Shown here one piece after another: positions 29,688 through 39,531 of a DNA stretch of 39,837 nucleotides; positions within the stretch are counted from its first letter, which is position 1, and each line of letters begins with the position of its first letter. Made by a program: the position numbers and the translations under genes. A model generated the notes under the pieces. The model saw only the letters and a program-made list of their open reading frames with translations, had not been told where the DNA came from and searched no databases. The stretch comes from Parcubacteria bacterium C7867-002 (GTDB lineage Bacteria > Patescibacteriota > Minisyncoccia > Phycocordibacterales > PALSA-1337). Where the stretch lies: contig LFCL01000023.1 in NCBI GenBank assembly GCA_001189105.1, forward strand, positions 5,562 to 45,398. Reading direction: 5' to 3'.

Positions 29688-30449
29688 TCAGGCCACCAAC
29701 CGCACGCGGTAGAAGGCATTTGGTCTTTCCGTCAGGTCCGTAAATGTGATGGGCTTGCCGTTGATTGCGGTAGTCAACTTTGTTACGGTTACCCAATTCA
29801 CCCAATCCTCAGTTCGCTCAAGAGCCAAGGTGTGCAAGAGACCTTCGCCAATAACCACCCCCGGAAAAGAACTGGATCCATCACGAGTAAAGGTGATAGG
29901 AACCTGATCAGGGGTCGATGGTCGTCTGTTCTTACCGTAGGATGAATGGCTCCCTGTTCCAGCAGCCATCATGAGACCGTGCCGATAGAAGAGGTGAGCT
30001 TGGAACTCGGTAAAACTCAGTGCCACCTCAGGCTTTTTGCGACGTATTCTCGTTTCAACATGAGGTTGACCTGCCCTATCGGTCAATGTAGCAAGAATCT
30101 CAACCCCTTCGAGTCTGGGACGCTCTTGATCGTTTAAGCTAACCAAAGAAGATTCCCCATCGCCACAATCACCTTTGTAGTGCATGCAATCGAGTGCTGC
30201 CATCTCATCTTCACCCGGAAAGGCAAAGATGTTTCCGGTGAATTGATTATCTTCACCTTCTTCTTTCGGCTCTGTCTTCCCAAAATGCTTCTTGCAGAAT
30301 GGGATAGCCCAGAGCGCAACACCCGCACCGACGGCCGCAACAACACAACCAGCCGCAATCCAAGGTAAACCCATAACCGAACCTGGCAACATAAGTCCAC
30401 CAGTTCCGAGTGAGAAACCTTTAATGAAGTGGCGACGGGTGATTTTCAT
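29688..30449 (-). CDS. Twin-arginine signal protein, 253 aa, unknown function
   Basis: MKITRRHFIKG matches the Tat consensus; GAAAGGGGG site upstream; ATGA overlap with the upstream gene; C-terminal ERTEDWVNW...FTD...FYRVR. Confidence 0.75.
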   Translation of the reverse strand: MKITRRHFIKGFSLGTGGLMLPGSVMGLPWIAAGCVVAAVGAGVALWAIPFCKKHFGKTEPKEEGEDNQFTGNIFAFPGEDEMAALDCMHYKGDCGDGESSLVSLNDQERPRLEGVEILATLTDRAGQPHVETRIRRKKPEVALSFTEFQAHLFYRHGLMMAAGTGSHSSYGKNRRPSTPDQVPITFTRDGSSSFPGVVIGEGLLHTLALERTEDWVNWVTVTKLTTAINGKPITFTDLTERPNAFYRVRLVA

Positions 30450-30697
30450 AGCACCCCCTTTCTGCGCAGCGTCCTCGTTTGAATATCCGAAACGAGACCC
30501 AGCGTACCAAACGCCATCGCCATGGTGAGTGCCGGATAGAGAGGTAGGGACCGAAATGATCCGCCACTCTTCTTTACTTCGTGGGCAAACCACAACCCCG
30601 ATGCAAAACAGAGAATGAGCAGCGTAAGCAGACTCCGTCGATAATGCTTAAACACTACTGGCATTTCCCTGCTAACCTCTTTCAAGTAGTCTTTCAT
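30446..30697 (-). CDS. Small two-TM protein, 83 aa
   Basis: GAAAGGA-6 nt-ATG; MKDYLKEV...; two hydrophobic helices; translationally coupled to the next gene. Confidence 0.7.
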   Translation of the reverse strand: MKDYLKEVSREMPVVFKHYRRSLLTLLILCFASGLWFAHEVKKSGGSFRSLPLYPALTMAMAFGTLGLVSDIQTRTLRRKGVL

Positions 30698-30821
30698 TAT
30701 ATGTCCTTTCGTGTTTGAAGTTGCCACTATAGCAACCTTTCCATTCCTGGAATTGTGAGACGTTCCACTTTCCTTTTTCAAGGAGCAATAGAGAGTGAGT
30801 GGGAACGTAAATCTAGACCGT

Positions 30822-30850
30822 ATTCTATAGAATTAAACACTATCTGTCAA
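30822..30850 (-). promoter_or_regulatory. Consensus-like sigma70 promoter of the cassette
   Basis: TTGACA-17 nt-TAGAAT; a one-mismatch DnaA box abuts it at 30850-30858. Confidence 0.7.
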
Positions 30851-30949
30851 GTGGATAACAAGGATGTATCTCATAGGGAGCCACCTCCCTATACATTGGT
30901 TAAAATCTCTTTTTTATGCCAAAATTGCAGCGTTCAGTTCTGTGTAATT

Positions 30950-31038
30950 GGAGACGTGGTGGAGTGGTCTAACATACCTCTTTGCTAAAGAGGCAGGCCC
31001 TTTAAAAGGCCTCGAGGGTTCGAATCCCTCCGTCTCCG
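30950..31038 (+). tRNA. tRNA-Ser(GCT)
   Basis: Acceptor GGAGACG/CGTCTCC, G73; CCTCT-TTGCTAA-AGAGG; long variable arm. Confidence 0.97.
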
Positions 31039-31043
31039 CATCT

Positions 31044-31874
31044 ATGCCCCCATCTATTTCCCTTCCCCACTTCAAAAAAACCATTTGGTCCTACTATCGA
31101 AAGAATCGCCGTGACATGCCCTGGAGAACCAAGACGACTTCCTATTACGTCGTAGTGTCAGAAATCATGCTGCAACAGACTCAGGTTACGCGTGTCATGG
31201 ACAAATTCACTTCTTTTATCAAACAGTTCCCTTCGTGGCAGACGTTGGCACAGGCATCAACTCATGACGTATTGAAAGAATGGTCGGGACTCGGATACAA
31301 CCGTCGTGCGTTATATCTCAAGCGTATTGCAGAACAGATTACCGAACATGGAACAAAGAAAGGTATACTCCCTTCGACATACGAGGAACTATGCAAACTT
31401 CCCGGCATTGGTCCAAACACAGCTGGTTCCATACTGGCTTTTGCATTCAATATTCCCTACCCTTTCATAGAGACAAATATCCGCTCAGTCTTTATCCACT
31501 TCTTTTTTGGAAACACCACAGAAAAAATCCATGATCGTGACATTCGTGCTTTAGTAGAAAAAACACTGGATACCCACAACCCTCGCGAATGGTATTACGC
31601 ACTGATGGACTACGGAGTACACCTAAAAAATACTCAGGTCAATCCTTCGCGCAAAAGTGCCCATCATACACGACAAACTCCTTTCAAAGGATCCAATCGC
31701 GAATTACGTTCGCGCATTTTGAAACATATTCTGAAAAAACCCATCAACACACAACAAGTGATCACATCATTTCCCACTGTACCCACTGAACACATCACAA
31801 AGAATCTTATAGCCCTAGAAAAGGAAGGTTTTATTATTCATAAAGAAAAAACAGGTCTTTATCATATTGCATAA
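31044..31874 (+). CDS. mutY: A/G-specific adenine glycosylase, Fe-S-less short form
   Basis: RRDMPWR, VSEIMLQQTQV, WSGLGYNRRA, LPGIGPNTA, ALMDYG. Start moved to ATG 31044 because the track's extension is tRNA-Ser. Confidence 0.9.
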   Translation: MPPSISLPHFKKTIWSYYRKNRRDMPWRTKTTSYYVVVSEIMLQQTQVTRVMDKFTSFIKQFPSWQTLAQASTHDVLKEWSGLGYNRRALYLKRIAEQITEHGTKKGILPSTYEELCKLPGIGPNTAGSILAFAFNIPYPFIETNIRSVFIHFFFGNTTEKIHDRDIRALVEKTLDTHNPREWYYALMDYGVHLKNTQVNPSRKSAHHTRQTPFKGSNRELRSRILKHILKKPINTQQVITSFPTVPTEHITKNLIALEKEGFIIHKEKTGLYHIA

Positions 31875-31935
31875 TTGGAAAGAGGTGGCTAGACTAAGAA
31901 GAGGGATTATTATTTCTCGTAATCAATACACACAT

Positions 31936-32412
31936 ATGAATAAAAATGGCTTTATATTGCTCGGCATTATTATCGTCATTATCATCGGAATTATCTATTT
32001 CACTATGGATACTCCGACTACTCCTGAGCCAATAGAATCAGATACTATTGTTCCAACTGAACCAGTTGCTACCAGCACTCCTATAGTAACAGCGACTTCA
32101 ACAGCTACCTCAACTCCTTCAACTACCGCTTCAACCACAAAGACCTTTACTATTACGTACACTGAAGCAGGTTTTACTCCTGCAAATCTCACCATCACAG
32201 TAGGAGAAACCATCATCTTCAAAAACAATTCAGCTCGTGCGTTCTGGCCTGCATCAAACGACCATCCGAGCCATACTATATATCCTGAATTTGACCCAAA
32301 GAAAACTATCGCCGCAGGTGAATCATGGAGTTTCACTTTCACCAAAGTCGGTAGTTGGAAATATCACGACCATCGCGCAGCCAGCCTTGGGGGAACTATT
32401 ACTGTTCAATAA
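31936..32412 (+). CDS. Membrane-anchored cupredoxin-fold protein with a Thr-rich stalk
   Basis: TM; T/S/P linker; GFTPANLTITVGETIIFKN, GESWSFTF..VGSWKYHDH; start ATG 31936. Confidence 0.8.
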   Translation: MNKNGFILLGIIIVIIIGIIYFTMDTPTTPEPIESDTIVPTEPVATSTPIVTATSTATSTPSTTASTTKTFTITYTEAGFTPANLTITVGETIIFKNNSARAFWPASNDHPSHTIYPEFDPKKTIAAGESWSFTFTKVGSWKYHDHRAASLGGTITVQ

Positions 32413-32418
32413 CATCAT

Positions 32419-32784
32419 ATGAATTCACGAACCGCCCATCTTCTCTTACGTGTCGGTATCGCATTTGGATTTATCTATGCAGGTATCTCCGGGTTCATCA
32501 GTCCCGATAATTGGATCGGCTACTTCCCTCCGTTCATGCAAGACCTCTTACCTAACCATGGAGTCCTGCTCATCTGGGGAGTCACCGAAGTGATCCTTGG
32601 CACATGGATTCTCTCCGGCTGGAAAATCTTCTGGCCAGCACTGCTCGGTGGGCTTTCCATGATCGGAGTTATTGCCTTCAACTTTTCACTGATGGATATA
32701 TTGTTCCGAGACGTCACGATCATGTTAGCATCACTCTCGTTGGCCATAAGCGCACGAGAACCAAAAGAGATACCACGAGCGTAA
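32419..32784 (+). CDS. DoxX-like membrane protein
   Basis: LLRVGIA..FIYAG, EVILG, RD motif; 3-4 TM. Confidence 0.7.
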   Translation: MNSRTAHLLLRVGIAFGFIYAGISGFISPDNWIGYFPPFMQDLLPNHGVLLIWGVTEVILGTWILSGWKIFWPALLGGLSMIGVIAFNFSLMDILFRDVTIMLASLSLAISAREPKEIPRA

Positions 32785-32788
32785 AAAT

Positions 32789-35083
32789 ATGTCCCTTACT
32801 CTTGCCACCTTAGTTACTGACCAATTTCGCCTGACACCTCCACAACGAGATGCTCTCAAACGTCTCAATATCAAAACCATAGAAGATTTACTGTATCACT
32901 TCCCCAGTCGCTACGGAGACACTGCCGAAGCACGGACCATTGAGTCCTTACAGAAAGGCGATACGACGGTCATTTTTGGAAAAATAAGCGGACTGAAAAC
33001 AAGTAAGGGGTTTCACTCAAAAATCGCTATGGCCGAGGGATACGTCGAAGATGAAACCGGTCGCATCCAATGCGTCTGGTTCAATCAACCCTATGTGGCC
33101 AAAATGTTTTCCGATGGCATGCTTGTACGCATCGAAGGAAAAGTTTCCGCTCGACAAAGGAAAAAATTGGGTGCACCACTCCCGAGTCCAACCTTGGAGA
33201 ATCCTGTTGCGGAAGAAGTTGCCGAAGATACACGAGATGCAAAATTGTATTTCTCAAATCCGAAAATAGAAACCGTCAACAGACTTCCTATTGGCGTCGG
33301 TGATTCACTTTTTGGATCCAAGGAAGAGGAACATACTTTGTATCCTGTGTATCCCGAATCACGCGGTATCAGTTCGGCCTGGATATATCACACTATCCAA
33401 AAATTATTCAAACAAGGACTACTCGATGAATTGGTCGAACCGATCCCCGAAGATATCCTAACCAAATACCATCTACCCGGACTCAAAACCGCACTCATTT
33501 GGATTCACGCTCCGAAGAAACGTGAAGATGCCCTATCTGCCCGCAAACGTTTTTCATTTGAAGAAATTTTCACTATTCAACTCGGCAAACAACAGGCGCG
33601 ACGTGAATACGAAAAATACCCGACATTCAAAATCGAAACGAGCGATGCTCATGTGCACGAATTCATTCGCCGCTTTCCTTTCAAGGCAACATCGGCACAG
33701 GTCCGTGCCGTCGAAACTATTCTCGCGGATATGCGCGGCAATCGAGCCATGTCACGCCTCCTCGAGGGAGATGTGGGTTCAGGCAAGACAGCTGTTGCCG
33801 CAGCCACAGCATATTCCGTCATGACTACGCGGCCCACCATCGTTGATACCGACGGCAAACCAGTTCCTGGTTCAGACGGCCGACGTATCGGCAATCTGCA
33901 AATCGCCTACATGTGTCCGACTGAAATATTGGCCACGCAACATTTCGAATCCTTCATTCAATTCTTTTCATATATGCCGGTGCAAATCGGTTTGATCACT
34001 GGTTCAGGTTGCCGCAAGTTCCCTTCAAAAATCAATCCAAAAGGATGGACAGACATATCTCGATCCCAATTATTAACCTGGGTTAAGAGTGGAGAAATCG
34101 CCGTACTCATTGGCACTCATGCACTCATTCAAAAATCAGTGACGTTCAAAAATTTAGCCTATGCCATCATCGATGAACAACACCGTTTTGGAACCACTCA
34201 ACGGGGAGCATTGGTCCGTAAAAATGGTCTAGGTGGACACACTGCCCCTCATCTTCTGTCTATGACTGCCACCCCTATCCCTCGCACCCTTGCGCTCACT
34301 ATGTACGGTGATCTCGACCTCACCCTGCTTGATGAAATTCCGGCTGGTAGAAAACCGATTATTACCGAACTCGTTCTTCCTGACGGGCGCGCTCAGGTAT
34401 ATGAAAAGCTCAGGTCAGAATTACACACTGGCCGACAAGTGTATATCATCTGCCCCCGTATCGATGAACCTGACCCAGACAAGGAAGCGGCCTTGATCGC
34501 GAAATCAGTTAAAGAGGAGGCCAAGCGTCTCAAACGGTCAGTCTTCCCTGAATATGAGATCGGGATTCTACATAGCAAAATGAAACCTGCGGAAAAAGAT
34601 GCCATCATGGCACAATTCAAAGCAGGAAAAATACACATTCTCTGTGCCACCTCCGTAGTGGAAGTAGGCGTCAATGTCCCGAATGCAACGTCAATCATCA
34701 TCGAGGGTGCGGAACGTTTTGGCCTATCTCAACTTCACCAATTACGCGGCCGCGTCATGCGGAGTACACATCAAGCATATTGTTATGTATTTACTGAAAG
34801 TACCTCAGGAAAATCGATTGACCGCCTCAGGGCACTTCAAAATGCAAAGAACGGGTTTGAACTAGCCGAACTAGATCTTGCTGCACGTGGCGCTGGTGAA
34901 CTTTCTGGAGCAAAACAGTGGGGTGTTTCCGATGTAGCTATGGAAGCCCTCCAAAATCTCAAAATGGTCGAAGCTGCACGTACCGAAGCTGCACGTATCA
35001 TCAGTACAGATCCGAGTCTTACTTCGTATCCAGAACTCAAGAAGGAAGTAGAGTTGCGCGCAACAAAACTACATTTTGAGTGA
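32789..35083 (+). CDS. recG: ATP-dependent DNA helicase RecG
   Basis: WFNQPY wedge, RLLEGDVGSGKT, IIDEQHRFG, MTATPIPRTL, AERFGLSQLHQLRGRV, GFELAELDL. Confidence 0.98.
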   Translation: MSLTLATLVTDQFRLTPPQRDALKRLNIKTIEDLLYHFPSRYGDTAEARTIESLQKGDTTVIFGKISGLKTSKGFHSKIAMAEGYVEDETGRIQCVWFNQPYVAKMFSDGMLVRIEGKVSARQRKKLGAPLPSPTLENPVAEEVAEDTRDAKLYFSNPKIETVNRLPIGVGDSLFGSKEEEHTLYPVYPESRGISSAWIYHTIQKLFKQGLLDELVEPIPEDILTKYHLPGLKTALIWIHAPKKREDALSARKRFSFEEIFTIQLGKQQARREYEKYPTFKIETSDAHVHEFIRRFPFKATSAQVRAVETILADMRGNRAMSRLLEGDVGSGKTAVAAATAYSVMTTRPTIVDTDGKPVPGSDGRRIGNLQIAYMCPTEILATQHFESFIQFFSYMPVQIGLITGSGCRKFPSKINPKGWTDISRSQLLTWVKSGEIAVLIGTHALIQKSVTFKNLAYAIIDEQHRFGTTQRGALVRKNGLGGHTAPHLLSMTATPIPRTLALTMYGDLDLTLLDEIPAGRKPIITELVLPDGRAQVYEKLRSELHTGRQVYIICPRIDEPDPDKEAALIAKSVKEEAKRLKRSVFPEYEIGILHSKMKPAEKDAIMAQFKAGKIHILCATSVVEVGVNVPNATSIIIEGAERFGLSQLHQLRGRVMRSTHQAYCYVFTESTSGKSIDRLRALQNAKNGFELAELDLAARGAGELSGAKQWGVSDVAMEALQNLKMVEAARTEAARIISTDPSLTSYPELKKEVELRATKLHFE

Positions 35084-35143
35084 GCATTGTATCAATTGTC
35101 ACTTTGTCATATGATGTCTCTACATCAGATCCAATCTGTACAT

Positions 35144-35217
35144 CCGCCCTTAGCTCAGTTGGTTAGAGCACAGAGCTTATACCTCTGGGGTCCTTGGTTC
35201 GAATCCAAGAGGGCGGA
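35144..35217 (+). tRNA. tRNA-Ile(TAT)
   Basis: Acceptor CCGCCCT/AGGGCGG, A73, C4:G69; anticodon arm CAGAG-CTTATAC-CTCTG; promoter TTGTAT-17-TATGAT at 35087-35115. Confidence 0.92.
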
Positions 35218-35281
35218 CACGTATTTGCAACATCACTCTGGGGTCATGTGGCCAAGGATACAGTTATCAACTTACTCTTCC

Positions 35282-37201
35282 TTACGCATGCAGCGTTTCA
35301 ACCTCTGGTTGACCACTTTTTTGCTTCATCGAAATTCCCTGCGCCACCAGAATCTTTTCGTACTCTTCACGTTCGATAGTCTCCACTTCGATCAAACGCT
35401 TGGCGATCATTTCAAAAACTTTTTTATGATCAGTGAGAACTTTCTCAGCCTGACTACGTGCCTCGGTCATGATACGAGTAATTTCAGAATCAATCTCTGC
35501 CGCCACTCTTTCCGAATAATCACGGTCATTCACCCCTGAACCAAACATCACACGACCACTGGCAGCCTGAAGGGCAACTGGACCGATCTTTTCTGACATA
35601 CCATATCGAGTCACCATGTCGCGAGCCAATGCAGTTGAAACCTGCAGATCATTTGAGGCACCGGTAGTCAGATCGCCAAACATCATTTGTTCTGCCACAT
35701 ATCCACCGAGTGATACCGCAATATCATCCAAAAATTCCTTACGGGATTGCAACTTGCGATCCTCAAGAGGAAGCTTGAGCGTATACCCTGCAGCACGACC
35801 ACGAGAAATAATCGATATCTTGTGAACAGGATCGGCGTACGGAAGCACCGAGGAGACAATCGCATGACCAGCTTCATGATAGGCAGTGATTTCTTTTTCT
35901 TTGACTGACAAAATATGACTGCGACGTTCTGGACCGAGCATCACCTTTTCGATAGAACGAATGAGATCAAACTGACCGATAGTTGTACGATCTTCGCGTG
36001 CCGCAAGGATGGCCGCTTCATTCATCAGTGATGCGAGATCTGCTCCGGAGAATCCTGGAGTACGCTCGGCAATCACAGACACATTCACATCATCGGCCAA
36101 CTGCTTCTTCACGGAATGCACCTTAAGAATCGCTTCACGATCGCCACGATCTGGCAGGTCGATGACCACTCGACGGTCAAAACGACCCGGACGCAACAGG
36201 GCTGAATCCAATACATCCGGACGATTGGTTGCTGCCATGACAATCACTTTTTCATTGGGCTCAAAACCATCCATCTCCACCAAGATCTGGTTCAGTGTCT
36301 GTTCACGCTCATCGTTCCCACCACCCATACCCGAGCCACGCGCACGACCAACCGCATCGATCTCATCAACGAATACAATCGCCGGTGCAGCTTCTTTTGC
36401 CATTTTAAATAAATCACGGACACGTGATGCTCCCACACCAACAAACATCTCAACAAATTCAGAACCGGAAATAGCAAAAAATGCGACGTTGGCTTCACCG
36501 GCAACGGCACGCGCAAGCAATGTCTTCCCTGTTCCCGGTGCACCCATCAGCAGTACGCCCTTTGGAATCTCTGCGCCAATCTCTATAAACTTTTTTGGAT
36601 TACGGAGAAAATCAACAATCTCTAGAAGTTCCTGTTTGGCTTCTTTGGCACCTGCCACATCCTTGAAGGTGACTTTCTGCTTCTGATCGTTCGGCATGGT
36701 AATACGCGCTTTTGATTGGCCAAATGAAAGAGCTTGCACACCCGCACCTTTGACCTGACGAGAAAGAATCCAAATAAAGAATGCTATGAAAATAAGTGGG
36801 GCCAAAAAAGGTCCGAGTTGCACCAACCAGTACCCGAAACCACTTGGCTCTTTGACTACAATCGTCGTAGATGCCAGTTGGGTTTGTGATACGCCAAAAC
36901 GAACCAATGTTTCGGTCAGTGACGCGTCGACTTCTTTGTTTGTCTTGGTTATTGAGCCATCGATGTACGCAGCACTGATTTCATCACCCTGAAGCGTCAA
37001 TGAAGTAATGTTCCCTTTTTGAATATCAGACGCCAATACAGACAACGATATAGACTTCTTATCAGCTGGCACCTCGGCAAACTGACTGTAAATTCCGGTA
37101 ATCAGAAGAAAGACTAAAATCACAATAGCCATGACATTCAAAAAATTCATCCGTGGCGGTAATACTCGGAGGAGACCTTTGTTGTGCTGATGAGGATTCA
37201 T
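35282..37201 (-). CDS. ftsH: ATP-dependent zinc metalloprotease FtsH
   Basis: Two [34 protein letters not shown]; start MNPHQ at 37201, 6 nt after TATAAT. Confidence 0.99.
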   Translation of the reverse strand: MNPHQHNKGLLRVLPPRMNFLNVMAIVILVFLLITGIYSQFAEVPADKKSISLSVLASDIQKGNITSLTLQGDEISAAYIDGSITKTNKEVDASLTETLVRFGVSQTQLASTTIVVKEPSGFGYWLVQLGPFLAPLIFIAFFIWILSRQVKGAGVQALSFGQSKARITMPNDQKQKVTFKDVAGAKEAKQELLEIVDFLRNPKKFIEIGAEIPKGVLLMGAPGTGKTLLARAVAGEANVAFFAISGSEFVEMFVGVGASRVRDLFKMAKEAAPAIVFVDEIDAVGRARGSGMGGGNDEREQTLNQILVEMDGFEPNEKVIVMAATNRPDVLDSALLRPGRFDRRVVIDLPDRGDREAILKVHSVKKQLADDVNVSVIAERTPGFSGADLASLMNEAAILAAREDRTTIGQFDLIRSIEKVMLGPERRSHILSVKEKEITAYHEAGHAIVSSVLPYADPVHKISIISRGRAAGYTLKLPLEDRKLQSRKEFLDDIAVSLGGYVAEQMMFGDLTTGASNDLQVSTALARDMVTRYGMSEKIGPVALQAASGRVMFGSGVNDRDYSERVAAEIDSEITRIMTEARSQAEKVLTDHKKVFEMIAKRLIEVETIEREEYEKILVAQGISMKQKSGQPEVETLHA

Positions 37202-37245
37202 ACGGTGATTATACAGAAAAGTGACAGAAAGAAAAGAATTATAAG

Positions 37246-37269
37246 AAAAAGGCACCACCGAGGTGCCTT
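37246..37269 (-). terminator. Intrinsic terminator
   Basis: AAGGCACC-tcggt-GGTGCCTTTTT. Confidence 0.7.
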
Positions 37270-37288
37270 GTGAAAAACGCTTTGTTTT

Positions 37289-37768
37289 TTACTGACTAGG
37301 TATCCGACCAACTGGTTTTTTTGGAAACGAATTCATCAGAATGGGAGCCTGTGCCTTGGACCTATCCAAGTGTTTCCCAAGATTACGCGGAGGTGGATTC
37401 AGGTTGGCACGTATTATCGAAGCCCTGTGCAAATGACGACTGACCAGGATGTGCGCTCTGCGCATTGATTCGCCGAAGCCGCGAAACTGCCACGGATACA
37501 ATACTCTTCTCCAGATCAACTCGAAGTCACTGAAGCGCTTGTCTTCACTCTTGATCTCAACAAAATCATTACAGCCGAAGCAGTGACGAAAAGTGATTGA
37601 AGCGCGCTTACCGGACGACGGATCTTCCTCAGAGATCTTATGAGACCTCCAGTACCCCCACGATCCACACGGACATTTCCGAGCTTGCCATTTCGTGAGG
37701 CGGTAGATGATTGTACATGCCAGGACAACCCCAATAAGTGCACATACGTCCTCTGTGTTCCATGCCAT
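37289..37768 (-). CDS. Orphan single-TM protein with a putative zinc ribbon and basic tail
   Basis: N-terminal TM, CPCG...CFGC; TTGACA-18-TAGATT promoter at 37827-37856; GAAAGG site; own terminator. Confidence 0.65.
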   Translation of the reverse strand: MAWNTEDVCALIGVVLACTIIYRLTKWQARKCPCGSWGYWRSHKISEEDPSSGKRASITFRHCFGCNDFVEIKSEDKRFSDFELIWRRVLYPWQFRGFGESMRRAHILVSRHLHRASIIRANLNPPPRNLGKHLDRSKAQAPILMNSFPKKPVGRIPSQ

Positions 37769-37858
37769 AATGTACCTTTCTTGTTATGCGTGAATTGTTA
37801 TTCCGAAGACAAAAATGTCTGAAATTAATCTACCATGCATGTGCGTATGGTGTCAAAT

Positions 37859-39427
37859 CTATCGAACAAGAGGTATCTTGAATATAAACGTACTTCCCTT
37901 ACCTGCACCTTCGGACTCCGCCTGAAGATCACCACCATGACGCTGCAAAATATCGCGAGACAAATAGAGACCTATCCCCAAACCTTCAGTATGCGTAGCC
38001 ATTGCATTTGATCCTCTGAAGAATTTCGAGAAGAGTCGACGACGATCTATTTCCGTAATACCGATACCTGAGTCTTTTATGGAAATAAATGCAAAACCAT
38101 TTTTCTGCTGTGCAGTAATCTTGATTACACCTTTCTCTGGAGAATACGTGATGGCATTGTCGATGACCATTTGAAAAGCGAAAAATATTTTCTTTCGGTC
38201 GATATGTACCAATGGAAAATCCTGAGGAATGGTGTTTTCAATGACGAGCCCCTTCTCTGCGATACGGCTGGCAGCAGAGGTCACCGCATCACCAACCACA
38301 TCCCGTACCTGTTCGGACATATAGGTATACATGAACTGACTATCATCGGCACTCGAAAGACCTATCAATGACTCTGTCAGTTCTGACAAACGAATATGGG
38401 CGTTTGCGATAGCATCCACTGCCTTTACTCCCTCCTCCGGAGAATGGTTGGCTGTACGCAATGTATCCAAAGACCAGCGGATATACGTAAGAGGTGTACG
38501 AAACTTGTGAGTGACAACGTCGACAAATTGGTACTTGAGCAAATTTACTTCGCGCACTTTGTGCCAAACCAATATACCCACAATCACCGCGATGACCGCA
38601 GAAATCAATGGGAGTACCCATTCAGGAAAGTTAGGATAGAAAAGGTGTACCTGGGTATTGGCATAGCCGGTAAACAAGATCAGGAGCGTGACGCCGGCAA
38701 TACTCAACCCGTATCCGAAAGCGCGCTTAGCCAAGAAATTCATATCGATCGTATCATATTTGAGGATCGCATACGCCATAGGAATCGTGTAAAGACCCAT
38801 AAAGGCGGCGGGCATCGGATCGACCGGAATATCGTACAAAAGAAACTCGGGCACAAGTGCGACGAGGTAGCCATAGATGAAACCTACAATGAAATATTTC
38901 AACCGGTTACGAGTCACATAATCTGCTTTGTGATATGCAATTCCCAAATGCGCGAACAGGTATAGAGTGACAGCAAAGAAGAAAATATCCTGCAAGGCAT
39001 ACAATGGTCCGGGCACAAGGAAATTAGGAAGATACAAACGACTTACCGACAGAAGCATGAAGGAATCTGGAAATGCAATAAAATATGCCACCAGTGCCGT
39101 TGCGATCGCATACATATATTTCAGGACTTTCTCCTGCCCCTTTAATCGTCCCGTAATGATCAAGATAAGATGTGCACTGAGGATCGCCAGGTACAGCGTC
39201 GTCATATTGAACATAAATGCCAGACGTGAATGTTCTGGATTGTGGAGGTTGATACCCAAAGCGTAGGACACAATCCATGCACAAATAGCTATACTAAACA
39301 AAAAGAACACAATATTTGGTGAAGATCCTTCTTTTGGACGACGAATGAAAACAAGGACACCGAGACTAAAACACGTAACGAGAGAGAATATGAAACCGAT
39401 ATTGGTAATCACGAGTTGAATAGGCAT
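37859..39427 (-). CDS. Multi-TM sensor histidine kinase, orphan
   Basis: About 8-9 N-terminal TM helices; H-box THKFRTPLT, N-box DNAITY, DSGIGI, GLGIGL, GKGSTF. Confidence 0.92.
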   Translation of the reverse strand: MPIQLVITNIGFIFSLVTCFSLGVLVFIRRPKEGSSPNIVFFLFSIAICAWIVSYALGINLHNPEHSRLAFMFNMTTLYLAILSAHLILIITGRLKGQEKVLKYMYAIATALVAYFIAFPDSFMLLSVSRLYLPNFLVPGPLYALQDIFFFAVTLYLFAHLGIAYHKADYVTRNRLKYFIVGFIYGYLVALVPEFLLYDIPVDPMPAAFMGLYTIPMAYAILKYDTIDMNFLAKRAFGYGLSIAGVTLLILFTGYANTQVHLFYPNFPEWVLPLISAVIAVIVGILVWHKVREVNLLKYQFVDVVTHKFRTPLTYIRWSLDTLRTANHSPEEGVKAVDAIANAHIRLSELTESLIGLSSADDSQFMYTYMSEQVRDVVGDAVTSAASRIAEKGLVIENTIPQDFPLVHIDRKKIFFAFQMVIDNAITYSPEKGVIKITAQQKNGFAFISIKDSGIGITEIDRRRLFSKFFRGSNAMATHTEGLGIGLYLSRDILQRHGGDLQAESEGAGKGSTFIFKIPLVR

Positions 39428-39531
39428 GTGGGTACCTACAATTATATAGCATTGGAGTGAGTTGTATATGTAGAGTGTGCATAGGATGTATACTCAATGT
39501 TCAAATTCAGAAATTACGGTATACTGATCCC

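Noticed and set aside
29551-29805. N-terminal extension of TyrS in the ORF track, or a T-box leader
   Set aside because: It crosses a terminator and the neighbouring gene; a promoter lies just before MKIITD; no T-box motif seen
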